Source: a virus
Lineage: Duplodnaviria > Caudoviricetes
Virus record (IMG/VR): IMGVR_UViG_3300037780_000036
Location: 1 to 37,943 of that record
Length of the DNA stretch: 37,943 nucleotides
Reading direction: 5' to 3' (one strand)
A model generated the notes under the pieces. It saw only the letters and a program-made list of their open reading frames with translations, searched no databases and had not been told where the DNA came from. Positions 1 to 9,054 of the stretch are shown in pieces. Positions within the stretch are counted from its first letter, which is position 1, and each line of letters begins with the position of its first letter. Both the position numbers and the translations under genes were made by a program.

Positions 1-127
1 GGTATCGGCTGGGTGTTGCTGATTGCCGCCGTGATCTGTGTGCCGCTGATCGCGGCGTTTGTTTGGAGGATGGCCAATGGCTAAGTGGCGAGAATGCAGC
101 ATCGGGGAACAGTTCGGCGCAGGCACG
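1..127 (+). repeat. 127-bp exact terminal repeat, copy 1 (circular assembly overlap)
   Basis: ggtatcggctgggtg...cgcaggcacg is identical to 37817-37943. Confidence 0.97.
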
Positions 128-685
128 CCTGCGCCTCGCGCAAAGTTTTCGGCAAATAACACAACTTTTGAGTTGGGGGGATCCGGATACAGTTGCGTTG
201 CCAAATTCAGTTGCCCCGAAAACTCTGGAAATTTCCAAATCGGCAATTATGGCGGCGGCGAAAAGGTCGTATTTGATGGAGAAAACGTTTGCCTCGACGA
301 CTTGCACGTAATGAGTGCGATGGCTCTTGAGGCCAAACTCGCCGCCGCCCGCGCGGAAGGCTACGCGCAGGGCGTGCGTGATGCGGCAAGTTGGGTCCAA
401 TCTCAAGATGGATACGACGATATTGACGGCGTTCACTCACTCGTTGAAGGCATCCTCACCCTTCTCAACCCCGACACGCCCGCGCCCCCGTCGCCCGATG
501 CAGTGGTGAAGGCGGCGCTAGAATGGGCGGCGGAGGCAATCGGGTGTGGGTGTTCTCGTGGTGTCTGTGAATATCCTGCAAAATGCCCAGAAAGTGACGT
601 GGCGGAGTTGCTGACCGCTGCCTCCGACCCCGCCACGCTTGACCAGATCATCGCCCAAGCCGGAAAGGACCGCCCCCATGACTGA
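77..685 (+). CDS. Mosaic early hypothetical protein with LEAKLAAARAEGYAQGVR and DTPAPP linker modules
   Basis: GGAGGA RBS at 65-70 before ATG 77; shares nucleotide repeats with 30654-31247. Confidence 0.8.
   Translation: MAKWRECSIGEQFGAGTPAPRAKFSANNTTFELGGSGYSCVAKFSCPENSGNFQIGNYGGGEKVVFDGENVCLDDLHVMSAMALEAKLAAARAEGYAQGVRDAASWVQSQDGYDDIDGVHSLVEGILTLLNPDTPAPPSPDAVVKAALEWAAEAIGCGCSRGVCEYPAKCPESDVAELLTAASDPATLDQIIAQAGKDRPHD
326..372 (+). repeat. 47-bp exact intragenic repeat, copy 1 (copy 2 at 30795-30841)
   Basis: cttgaggccaaactcgccgccgcccgcgcggaaggctacgcgcaggg at both sites. Confidence 0.95.
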
Positions 686-971
686 CACCACCGACGGGTT
701 GCTAGATGCGGTCAAACGTCCAAAGCACAGGCCGAAATCGCACCGCGACGTAATCCGAAAACACCCAAGGTTGTGCGCGACCTGCAATCGGTCAATGTGG
801 CATCCGACATGGGCGATCAAGGCGGGGCCAGAAGATACGCGCGCAACCATTGACCACATCACGCCGCTTTCCCTTCGCGGGAATGACCACTACAAGAATT
901 TGCGCCTGCTTTGCTATCGCTGCAATCAGCGCAAGGGAAGCCGCATGGACAAGGAAAAACGCCATGGATGA
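678..971 (+). CDS. HNH endonuclease
   Basis: CxxC...TIDHITPLSLRGNDHYKNLRLLCYRCNQRKG is a canonical HNH motif. Confidence 0.9.
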   Translation: MTDTTDGLLDAVKRPKHRPKSHRDVIRKHPRLCATCNRSMWHPTWAIKAGPEDTRATIDHITPLSLRGNDHYKNLRLLCYRCNQRKGSRMDKEKRHG

Positions 972-989
972 CGCCTCACGCGCTGGCGG

Positions 990-1184
990 CTAACCGCACA
1001 CCGCCTTGAACACCGCGACAAACCGCGCGCCGGATGCAAGCGTTTCCGGCGTGTCCTGCGCCGAATAGGTTGGCAGATCGCGCGCCAGTTCGCGGCAAAT
1101 GGTGTCAGTCGTTGCGGACCCGGCCAGCCCGGCGCAACTCGCCAAGGGGATCGTTGCCAGCATCATCAGCGGCGCGCGCAGCAT
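990..1184 (-). CDS. Putative outer-membrane spanin lipoprotein (Rz1-like); start uncertain
   Basis: Lipobox LASC after a hydrophobic stretch; overlaps the 3' end of the i-spanin candidate at the end of the lysis cassette. Confidence 0.7.
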   Translation of the reverse strand: MLRAPLMMLATIPLASCAGLAGSATTDTICRELARDLPTYSAQDTPETLASGARFVAVFKAVCG

Positions 1185-1344
1185 CCGCTTTGTCGCGTAT
1201 CTTGTCGGCCTGTTCATAATCCCGCCTCACTTGCTTGTCATGCTCTGCCCGCGCGCCTTGTTGACGCCCCAGCACCCACGCCAGAGCGACGGATACCACG
1301 CCCGCGAGGATGCCGCCCAAAGGGCCTAGGATGGCGTCAAGCAT
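1105..1344 (-). CDS. Putative inner-membrane spanin (Rz-like)
   Basis: N-terminal TM helix followed by a charged helical tail; downstream of endolysin and holin. Confidence 0.7.
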   Translation of the reverse strand: MLDAILGPLGGILAGVVSVALAWVLGRQQGARAEHDKQVRRDYEQADKIRDKADAARAADDAGNDPLGELRRAGRVRND

Positions 1345-1573
1345 CCGCCTGCCCCCGCATCGCCCGCTCGAACTTGTCGCCCAGCCCGATCAGGCCAGAC
1401 CCCATAAACACCAGCGCCGCAGGGCTGTTGTCGCCCGATCCCGCGAACATCGTCAGCAGCTTGCCAAACTCCGAAAGAAAAAAGCTGTCGGGCACGACCA
1501 TCAGCGCGAGCCCCGTGCCAATGGCTAGCACGCCGCTCCACCAGGTCAGCGACTTGGGGCGAATGTATCTCAT
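1337..1573 (-). CDS. Putative holin (2 TM)
   Basis: 78 aa, two hydrophobic segments, charged C-terminus, directly after the endolysin. Confidence 0.65.
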   Translation of the reverse strand: MRYIRPKSLTWWSGVLAIGTGLALMVVPDSFFLSEFGKLLTMFAGSGDNSPAALVFMGSGLIGLGDKFERAMRGQADA

Positions 1574-2121
1574 GCCTTGCCCTTTCCGAATATGCGCGCC
1601 AGAAGCGCCAGGATAGCCGCCAGAAGCCCGCGCGGCTTGTCGTCAGTATCAGGCGCGCGGATGTCATCAACGGGGCTTGGCGATAGCGGCTTGGCCTGCA
1701 CAGACGCCCACCACGCCGCCGCGTCATATCCGGGGCATTGTGTCGCCACTAGATCGCGATGCCCGGTCACAGCCGCACCCGGATGCCGTGCGAGAATGTC
1801 CCGCGTCAGTTCGATCTGCGCCTTGATCTGCGCGGACGTGCGGTTGTCTACGCCCTTGTTCGGCCCCGTCGCACGGTCAAGCCCGCCCACAAGGCACACG
1901 CCGATCTTGCCCGTGTTCTGGCCCCGCACATGCGCGCCCGTGACGCCTTCCGGCCTGCCCGCCTCAATCGTGCCGTCGCGCCGGATTACCCAGTGGTAGC
2001 CGATGCGTGCGAAACCACGGTCACGATGCCAGCGGTCAATCTCAGCCGCGCCGATATCTTGATCCGCATAGGTCGCGGAGTAGTGCATCACGATATGCGT
2101 TGCCCGGCCCTGCGTTGTCAC
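1570..2121 (-). CDS. Endolysin, N-acetylmuramoyl-L-alanine amidase (Amidase_2, T7 lysozyme-like)
   Basis: IVMHYSAT, IGYHWVIRRDGTIEAGRP, GAHVRGQN, GHRDL..TQCPG motifs. Confidence 0.95.
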   Translation of the reverse strand: MTTQGRATHIVMHYSATYADQDIGAAEIDRWHRDRGFARIGYHWVIRRDGTIEAGRPEGVTGAHVRGQNTGKIGVCLVGGLDRATGPNKGVDNRTSAQIKAQIELTRDILARHPGAAVTGHRDLVATQCPGYDAAAWWASVQAKPLSPSPVDDIRAPDTDDKPRGLLAAILALLARIFGKGKA

Positions 2122-2540
2122 AACCCACCCCCTAAATCCACCATCGGGCTACGCGCCGTCGCGCGGAATGATCCCGCTTCATACGTCGCAACCGCTTGGT
2201 ATCTGCCAGCGCCCAGCCTGCAATTCGGATCGCCCACCCATTCCGCAACCGATAACTCCACCGCTTGCCGACCGGGCGCGTATGACCAAACTCCTGTGCC
2301 CTCGCATCCCGGAACGATGTTGCCGCGCGCGTCCCGAATTTCAGCGCTCCATACCGCCGTGAATTTGGCGTCGGTGTGGATGGTCCGGTCTTGAATTATT
2401 GTGTCTTGACGCAACTCAAGAGCGTTGATCTCTATCGGTGGCGGCGCGGGCATAACAACCCGCTTGACTGGCTCAATCACCGCGAATTGCAGAACGCCCA
2501 CAACCGCCGCGCCGCCAATGACCGCTTGTGTAAAGTGCAT
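2118..2540 (-). CDS. Membrane-anchored hypothetical protein in the lysis region
   Basis: N-terminal hydrophobic segment (MHFTQAVIGGAAVVGVLQFAV), beta-rich domain with two Cys; overlaps neighbouring genes. Confidence 0.7.
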   Translation of the reverse strand: MHFTQAVIGGAAVVGVLQFAVIEPVKRVVMPAPPPIEINALELRQDTIIQDRTIHTDAKFTAVWSAEIRDARGNIVPGCEGTGVWSYAPGRQAVELSVAEWVGDPNCRLGAGRYQAVATYEAGSFRATARSPMVDLGGGL

Positions 2541-2770
2541 CACTCGCCGCCTCCAATCAGCATAGACAAAGCGGCGATGACTTCGGGCCGATTGATCCAA
2601 ACGAGAAAAATCAGGCCAGCCGCCAGCGCTTTCCAGTTTGTCACGAACGCGTAGACCGGCTTCGCGATTACCCACGAGGAATGTCCCCGTTGCACGCCAC
2701 GCCAGACGTAAGCCCATTCTTCTGGCGTCTCCGGTGGTGTCTTGCGGCCCGCAAAATCATCTTCTTTCAT
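2540..2770 (-). CDS. Small membrane protein (holin/antiholin candidate)
   Basis: 76 aa with C-terminal hydrophobic segment; coupled to neighbours. Confidence 0.65.
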   Translation of the reverse strand: MKEDDFAGRKTPPETPEEWAYVWRGVQRGHSSWVIAKPVYAFVTNWKALAAGLIFLVWINRPEVIAALSMLIGGGE

Positions 2771-3255
2771 CGCCTCGCCTTCTTCGCCGCCTGCTCCGAA
2801 TATAGCATAGCGCCGCTGCGATGAACACCAGCCCGGCGTCCAAAGCTATGGCGACCCAGATCAGCCACTCTACCCACGAACCCACGCCACACGCCCCCGC
2901 CGATGATGACCATCGCGGCAAGGGCAAAGAGATCGCTCAAAACAAACGGCAACACCCCGAATGCAGCCGCCACGCCCGCCGCCTTGGCCCAAAGGTAACA
3001 CAAGGCGGATGCGGTCAACATTGTGGAAATCCCGTAGTTTTTCCAATTGTGGGCAAGGATCGCCGTCGCCGCGACAAGCCAGATCATTGCGTAAATCGTG
3101 GAAGGGCTTGGCACGCCCACCGCGACGAACGCGCGCACCGTCAGATAGCTTGCAAGGATCGCGCAGGCGGGCACAATCCAGCGCGCACCGCCTGCCACGA
3201 TAGCCATGCCCGCCACGATAGCAGACAGACCCAAGAGGAAGGGCCAGACCGCCAC
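2767..3255 (-). CDS. Multi-pass membrane protein
   Basis: About five hydrophobic segments and a basic C-terminal tail. Confidence 0.75.
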   Translation of the reverse strand: MAVWPFLLGLSAIVAGMAIVAGGARWIVPACAILASYLTVRAFVAVGVPSPSTIYAMIWLVAATAILAHNWKNYGISTMLTASALCYLWAKAAGVAAAFGVLPFVLSDLFALAAMVIIGGGVWRGFVGRVADLGRHSFGRRAGVHRSGAMLYSEQAAKKARR

Positions 3256-3256
3256 G

Positions 3257-3478
3257 TTATTTCGTGCCGCTGCGAGGCGTGATCACCGTGCCGTCATCGC
3301 ACGGAACGCGCAGCCGCCGCCCGCGCGCATAAGCCCGTATCAAGTCGGCCTGAATGAACCGCATTTCGGCGCTTGCATCGCTCTGCCCCTGCGCGCACAG
3401 ATCATCCGCCGCTTTCTCCGCGAATTTGATCAGCCGCCGCAGGGTGCTTTCGGCCCTGTCTAGTTCTTCTTGCGTCAT
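3257..3478 (-). CDS. Hypothetical protein
   Basis: AAGGA RBS; 73 aa; fills the gap after the tailspike. Confidence 0.7.
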   Translation of the reverse strand: MTQEELDRAESTLRRLIKFAEKAADDLCAQGQSDASAEMRFIQADLIRAYARGRRLRVPCDDGTVITPRSGTK

Positions 3479-3496
3479 CGGTTGGTTTCCTTTTGG

Positions 3497-5218
3497 TTAC
3501 TCAAAAAATGCAATCTGATACCAAGCGCCGAGAGCGTGATCGTATTGCACTCGGAGCCGCTTGTTTCCCGTCAACACCCGATCCGCGCCTAGCACAAATC
3601 CTTTATTGTCGCCGCTTGCTGCCGTGCCGTTTGTAATAGTGATCGTTGTTGCAGCCTGTGCCAGCAGGTCAATCACAATGCCATCCATGCTTGCATTGGC
3701 AAACATTCGCCCGGCTGCATCAGCGCCAGTTGGCGTCCTGTCCCTTTCCAAAACGCGCAGAGTTGTTGCAGTCACAACGGCTTGAGGGATTGTCCCACCA
3801 ACAATCTGCGCATCAACGGGTGTGCGAGTTATGGCGATGTCGCCCGTTGAAAGCGAAGTTGGAAAATATTTTACGCCATCAATCGTAATGTCGCTTGTCA
3901 GGCTTTGGTTTTTCACTAATTGAGTGGCCGCATTAAGCGATGATGTGACGCGCGCTACGCATCCGCTGGACGCGCTGGTAAACTCAATCAGTTCAGCCAT
4001 ATCAGTTGCGTATGTTCCCTGAAAGGAACGCGGCTCGATAACTGTAACGCCCGGAACCGCAGCAAATATACCGGCGCGCAAGCTGGACAGATACGGGTTC
4101 AAGAGATACCCACGAGAACCGATTTGCATACCACGCGAAGGATTAGCCAAAGCAACGCGATCACGCCCGCTTGCTGTTGTGCTGTTCGCATATTGCTGAT
4201 CTTCAATGTCTACGCGGTCAAAAATTATTCCCTGCCCACCTGCAAAAATTTGCCGCAAGCTTCCGCTTTGATCGTGCTCAACTTTCCAGAGGCAACCAAG
4301 AGCCTGGAAATTGTTAAACCTGACGTGAACAGGAACATCGCCAGAAAACGGCATATAAAGCGCGTGCCCGCCGCATTCAAACGCTCGGATATTGTGCGCC
4401 TCGCAATGAAAAGATCCTCGCGTGCTGGATGCAAAACCAGCAACAACTTGACCGTCGCCAATAGCGTAACCGTGGCGCAAACAATCAATAACTGTTACGT
4501 TTTCCCAGCCTGACATTTCAATTGACGAAGCCACAATGATACCGTCTGTTGGATGCCCCTCCACAAAAAAATCCTCGCAAATAGACCGCGACAAAAAATC
4601 AATACCGTTTCCACCAATCAGAAACCCATGCCCGTCCGTGACGCCGCCCGTTGTCGTCGGATTGCCCGCCGCATACCGAGCATTTGCCGAACCAAGATGC
4701 CATCCCCGCATCTCACAGCTTCGCGCTTGGATGATCAGCGCCGTGCCGGATGTTGCGCCGACGATGATGCTTGACCGGCGAGTTGCGCCACCAACGCCGA
4801 AAATGCGCGTTTGCTCGCGCGCGATTGCCGCGCTGTTGTCCGTTCCGGTTGTGCCGTTCCAATCGCCCACCGCGCCGAACGCTCGCAGATCAGCCGGGCC
4901 GATGACGCGAAGCTTCACCCCGCCCGCAGTCGTCAAATCCTGCGTTGTCGCGCCAGAGGCTAGCACCTCGTATGCAAAGCCCTCTGCGCGCGTGCGAACA
5001 AAACTGCCCACCGTGACCGTGCTTGGCTGGCCTGCTGTGTAGGTCAGCGCCGTATCGGCCACCAGCGCGGCGACATCGTTAAGCACAGGGCCATCATACA
5101 ACGCGGCCTGCGCGGCGCTTGCGGCTGCGTCCTGCGCGTAGGTTGCCCCGCCGCCGATAGTCGCCGTGCCGTCGTTTGCAATCGAGACACCGTTGATCGA
5201 ACGAATGTTAAGCGGCAT
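3497..5218 (-). CDS. Tailspike/fibre, parallel beta-helix (pectate-lyase-like) receptor-binding depolymerase
   Basis: DLRAFGAVGDWNGTTGTDNSAAI motif opens a beta-helix; N-terminal LTTAGGVKL anchor-type domain. Confidence 0.85.
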   Translation of the reverse strand: MPLNIRSINGVSIANDGTATIGGGATYAQDAAASAAQAALYDGPVLNDVAALVADTALTYTAGQPSTVTVGSFVRTRAEGFAYEVLASGATTQDLTTAGGVKLRVIGPADLRAFGAVGDWNGTTGTDNSAAIAREQTRIFGVGGATRRSSIIVGATSGTALIIQARSCEMRGWHLGSANARYAAGNPTTTGGVTDGHGFLIGGNGIDFLSRSICEDFFVEGHPTDGIIVASSIEMSGWENVTVIDCLRHGYAIGDGQVVAGFASSTRGSFHCEAHNIRAFECGGHALYMPFSGDVPVHVRFNNFQALGCLWKVEHDQSGSLRQIFAGGQGIIFDRVDIEDQQYANSTTASGRDRVALANPSRGMQIGSRGYLLNPYLSSLRAGIFAAVPGVTVIEPRSFQGTYATDMAELIEFTSASSGCVARVTSSLNAATQLVKNQSLTSDITIDGVKYFPTSLSTGDIAITRTPVDAQIVGGTIPQAVVTATTLRVLERDRTPTGADAAGRMFANASMDGIVIDLLAQAATTITITNGTAASGDNKGFVLGADRVLTGNKRLRVQYDHALGAWYQIAFFE

Positions 5219-5567
5219 CGGTGATATCCTCTAGCACGATGATCTCGAATGTGTCAGACGACACGCGCACGCCCGCCTCAGTGAATTGCACGTCGCAGAA
5301 CATTTGCGCAGGCAAGGCCGCGCCAACTGTGGGCTGCGTCAAAGGCCAACTTTCCGTATCGGCAAACGCCCGCGTGAGGCTGAATTCACCCGCCGCCGCG
5401 TCGGTGACTGTCACCGTCAATTCGTCGGTAAACACGCCAGCCCGAACCTCTGACTTGACAGTTACGCCGCTCAAATCCTTCGGCGTCGTGCCGTCAGGCT
5501 CAACCCATGTCAGCGCCATGTCGAAGGTATCGCCGCGCTTGAACGGGATTTTCTGCATCCGCGCCAT
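5208..5567 (-). CDS. BppU N-terminal-like baseplate/fibre adaptor
   Basis: KRGDTF...DLSGVTVKSEVR...DAAAGEF...DVQFT pattern; precedes the tailspike. Confidence 0.7.
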   Translation of the reverse strand: MARMQKIPFKRGDTFDMALTWVEPDGTTPKDLSGVTVKSEVRAGVFTDELTVTVTDAAAGEFSLTRAFADTESWPLTQPTVGAALPAQMFCDVQFTEAGVRVSSDTFEIIVLEDITDAA

Positions 5568-5588
5568 TTCTGCCCTCGCGTTGTTTGC

Positions 5589-5621
5589 GTTACATTATCA
5601 CATTGCGACGGCGCGCGCTAG
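5589..5621 (-). promoter_or_regulatory. Late promoter motif CTAGCGCG-N11-TGTGATAATGTAAC, copy 1
   Basis: Intergenic, ~20 bp upstream of the start at 5567; one of five copies. Confidence 0.8.
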
Positions 5622-5622
5622 G

Positions 5623-5907
5623 TTATGCCTCGATCTGCATCGCCGCGCGAAATAGGTCGTCAATCTGTTCGTCGGTAAGCCCCAAGCCCTGCGCCATCGC
5701 GTTGATCGTCGGGCTATTGCGGCGGAACTCGATAGCATCGGCCCACGCGATTTGAACAAGCGTATCGGCCTGCGCCACGAATTCCTCCGCCTGCGCCAAT
5801 AGCCCCGCTTGATGCAGCGCCGCGCGCGCCTGAAAGCGACTGCACACCATGCTTGCACGCTCGCCTACGGCCTGCCCTGTCACCGCGCTTGTCAGGCTTC
5901 CCGTCAT
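5623..5907 (-). CDS. Small tail-tip-associated protein
   Basis: SRFQARAAL...W..A.EFRRNSP....LGLTDEQIDDLF pattern seen in proteins next to tail fibres. Confidence 0.75.
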   Translation of the reverse strand: MTGSLTSAVTGQAVGERASMVCSRFQARAALHQAGLLAQAEEFVAQADTLVQIAWADAIEFRRNSPTINAMAQGLGLTDEQIDDLFRAAMQIEA

Positions 5908-6458
5908 GCCTTGCCCGCCGTGATGCTGGCTGTCAGGCGAAAATGCCCCGTGCCATTAACGCGGAATTGAATTGCATCCGCGCCACCGCTCGGGATTGTC
6001 AGTGTCGGATTGCTGATGCTACTAATTGGCCCCGGCGGGGCGATGCTTGACACGCCCGTGACAAGATCAATCGTCATGGCAATCGCGCCCGCTTCGGTGT
6101 CTGGCGTCGGGTTTGCCGGGATGGTGTAAAGCGTTTGTTCCGTTGCCCATGTGCTGCCGTTGTCGTTTGAAAAGCGCACCTGAAACGTGACAGGATCAAC
6201 CGCGCGTCCGACAACGCGCACAAAGCCCGCGAAAAATATCTCATCAACCGCGCCAAGGTCTGTTAGGCCAGCCCATCCGGTATTTGCGCCGAATGCAGGC
6301 AAGCGGTTTCCGGCAAGCGCCGTCGCAACAATCTTTGGCGCGCCCGTCGCGCCTTCGGTTATGGCAATCGGGTTTTCATACACCGCCAACGCCTTGCCGC
6401 TTGTCCAAGGCTCTCCCGGTAGCAGGTTGTTTAGATCAACGGTTGTCCAATCGGTCAT
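5904..6458 (-). CDS. Minor tail-tip protein
   Basis: Follows the hub gene; ENPIAITEGATGAPKI N-terminus and a beta-rich C-terminus. Confidence 0.7.
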   Translation of the reverse strand: MTDWTTVDLNNLLPGEPWTSGKALAVYENPIAITEGATGAPKIVATALAGNRLPAFGANTGWAGLTDLGAVDEIFFAGFVRVVGRAVDPVTFQVRFSNDNGSTWATEQTLYTIPANPTPDTEAGAIAMTIDLVTGVSSIAPPGPISSISNPTLTIPSGGADAIQFRVNGTGHFRLTASITAGKA

Positions 6459-6467
6459 CTCACGCCC

Positions 6468-8264
6468 CTACTGCAATAGATACGGCTCGCTGCCATCCGG
6501 CATAAGCCCCGTGCTGTCATCGGCAAGCCAGCATCCGTTTAGCTTTTCAGCGTCCGTCGCATCGGCATAATCCGGCGCATCGTTTGCCATGATAACCGCG
6601 AATTTCCCGACAAACTGATAAGACTGCAATTCAAGCCTAACCGTTTCGCCGCTTGCCGTTTCCTCGAAGCTGATAACCTGCCACCGCGTTTCTACCTCTT
6701 GCCCCTCAGTGTCCAATATCTGCCGCGTCGTCACATCGAGAACGTCGCCCACATCAATTGATCTGTCTTTGGCGTCGAGTGATATTGTAACATAACGGGG
6801 CGGCAAGCGATAGCGCAGCAACAACTGCGCGGCCAAAAGGAAAGCATTGGTTTGCGAGCGTATCCAGCGCGAAAATATTTCATTGTCGCGGATCGTGCCG
6901 TCCGTGGCCTCGGGCAATTCAACTTCGCCGTCGATCCGAATACGCCGGAACGCATAGTTCACATATTCTTCAAGCCCCTCAGTCGGGTCGCGCTGACCGT
7001 AAAGCACCGTTACCCGCGTCATGCGGTCATCTGGCTTTTCTGTAACGCTTGCGCTATCGGCAAGGATGTTCAATTCATCGGTGATCTTGATAGGCGTTTC
7101 TTGCGGGGGCCGCACCGCGAGCAACGGTATCACCTGCGCGCGCTCATCCCACCAGATCGAGAATAGCCCGTCACGCGAAAGCTGCCCGCACAGGTTCCGC
7201 ACCGGCTCAGGATTGGCAACCGTGGCAGTCGTGCGGAATGTGGCAGGCCAGCGCCCGCCTTCATCATCCCATTGGCCCGCCGCGTTGATATAGGCGTTCG
7301 GCACTTGGGTATGGTTTTCAAGAAGGTCCTGCGCAGCCTTATACATCAACGTATTGTCATACGCGCCGACACGCTGGCAGGCTTCGCCGTCATCATGGCT
7401 TTCGACTTGCGTCCCGCGCTGGCCTCTCAGAACGCCCGTTAGCGTGAATTCGCCGTCGCCGTCATCTGTATAGCCCGAATATCCGATAATCTCAGAACCG
7501 ATGCGCAGATAATCCAGCGACGAAATGCCAAACGTGTCGGATAGATCAGCCTCAAGACCAAACACCCGCACCGCAAGAGTGCTGCTGTCGATGTTGCCAA
7601 TCAATCTCAGGTCAGTTGAACGGGGGAAAAGCGCTTTCTTGTCATCTGCGAATTGCAGGGGGTCATCGCCTTGAAGCGTAATTGTGCCGTTGCTTGGCCC
7701 CTGCACCGCGTTCAAGAAAAACAGGCTTACCTGCATCTCCGAAAGAGATTGCCCGCGATAGCCCTGATAATACCGAATGATGCAGCCGGGGTAGAACGGA
7801 TTGCGCGCCTTCCACAACTGCCAGAACGTCGCGCGGGGATTGCGCGCTGGCCTGTCGCTCAAGTAGAAGTCGCCCACATGGTCATCAAAGAGTTGATCTT
7901 CTAGCACCACCTGAATATTCGCGCGGATGCCAAACGGGCTTTCCCCCTTGCGCGATGCACCAAGGTTAATCCGCGTCGGGTTTGTTCGCACGCTGCGCAG
8001 AATGTAAAGCGGGTTGGTGGATATGTCGTTATCGCCGTCCTGTTCATACAATGGCAGGATGCCCGCAGAAGGCTTTGTGAACCTCCAGCGGATAGACCCC
8101 TCGGGCGTATAGTTCGGCTTGTCCTTGCACGTCCAATAGGTCTGGAAACACTTAGGCGTGCCCGTCGCCGTGCATGGCGCTTCGCCAAAGCGCAGGCTGC
8201 AACGCGGTTGCTCTAGTTCGATGATCTCGATAGGCTCGCGCCCGTATGACAGTTCGTCAGCCAC
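6468..8264 (-). CDS. Baseplate hub / central tail-tip protein
   Basis: 598 aa, second gene after the tape measure; N-terminal Cys cluster; IGSEII..RGQRGT....H insert. Confidence 0.8.
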   Translation of the reverse strand: MADELSYGREPIEIIELEQPRCSLRFGEAPCTATGTPKCFQTYWTCKDKPNYTPEGSIRWRFTKPSAGILPLYEQDGDNDISTNPLYILRSVRTNPTRINLGASRKGESPFGIRANIQVVLEDQLFDDHVGDFYLSDRPARNPRATFWQLWKARNPFYPGCIIRYYQGYRGQSLSEMQVSLFFLNAVQGPSNGTITLQGDDPLQFADDKKALFPRSTDLRLIGNIDSSTLAVRVFGLEADLSDTFGISSLDYLRIGSEIIGYSGYTDDGDGEFTLTGVLRGQRGTQVESHDDGEACQRVGAYDNTLMYKAAQDLLENHTQVPNAYINAAGQWDDEGGRWPATFRTTATVANPEPVRNLCGQLSRDGLFSIWWDERAQVIPLLAVRPPQETPIKITDELNILADSASVTEKPDDRMTRVTVLYGQRDPTEGLEEYVNYAFRRIRIDGEVELPEATDGTIRDNEIFSRWIRSQTNAFLLAAQLLLRYRLPPRYVTISLDAKDRSIDVGDVLDVTTRQILDTEGQEVETRWQVISFEETASGETVRLELQSYQFVGKFAVIMANDAPDYADATDAEKLNGCWLADDSTGLMPDGSEPYLLQ

Positions 8265-9054
8265 GCGCCCTGAACCCCTGCAATTCCAGCGTTACGCTGT
8301 TCGCGTTCAATGCGTTCGGCCTTGCCCGCTCGGGGATCAACTCGCCCTGCGCAAAGGCATACGCCACAGACGCGGGATATTTGCTAGGCCGATCTGCGAT
8401 AAAAAACGGGGCCTCGCGCGCGCTAGAGCGGAACGCATCAAACGTGCTCGCAATCCATGCCTCAGACAGGTTGTCCACTTGCATATTCGGGCGCAACTCG
8501 CGCCGGATCACGCTACGCCCTGCCCACTGGCCCCCGTCCGTCAGGTTGGTGTTATAGCTTGTCTGTTCGGTGCGCTCGAACGACACGCTAGGCGCATACA
8601 CCGCTTGGCGTTCCCATTCCATCACTTGCCCCGCGCGGATCACGCCTATTGTTGGCATGGTGCTGCCGGTCACGCGCACGCGGTATTGCGTGGTGCTTGT
8701 CGGATCAAACAGGAAGAAGATCGCGCCATTGTCCGTAGGCGTGATCTGCCCTTGCGTCACCCAAGCCGCGCCGTCCCATGTCTCAAAGAACACCGTCGCC
8801 GCCTGCGTTGCCAGATCGTGCGCCGCGATGCCCGCATAGGATAGCGTCTGCGCCGGGCTTAGCGTTACAGTCCATGTCGCGGGCAATGCCGTAGGACGCC
8901 AGAAGCTATCCGTTCGATCCGTGCCCGCGTTCGCCGCCAGAAACCCCGCCGCTGATGTGCTGCCCGCAATCGTGCCCAATGCCTTAGCCCACCCGATGCG
9001 CGGATGGTCAAGCGGATACGCGATGCCCGAGAAATATGGCTTGATGACGATCAC
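8257..9054 (-). CDS. Distal tail (Dit-like) protein
   Basis: Immediately downstream of the tape measure gene; beta-rich, 265 aa. Confidence 0.7.
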   Translation of the reverse strand: MIVIKPYFSGIAYPLDHPRIGWAKALGTIAGSTSAAGFLAANAGTDRTDSFWRPTALPATWTVTLSPAQTLSYAGIAAHDLATQAATVFFETWDGAAWVTQGQITPTDNGAIFFLFDPTSTTQYRVRVTGSTMPTIGVIRAGQVMEWERQAVYAPSVSFERTEQTSYNTNLTDGGQWAGRSVIRRELRPNMQVDNLSEAWIASTFDAFRSSAREAPFFIADRPSKYPASVAYAFAQGELIPERARPNALNANSVTLELQGFRARG

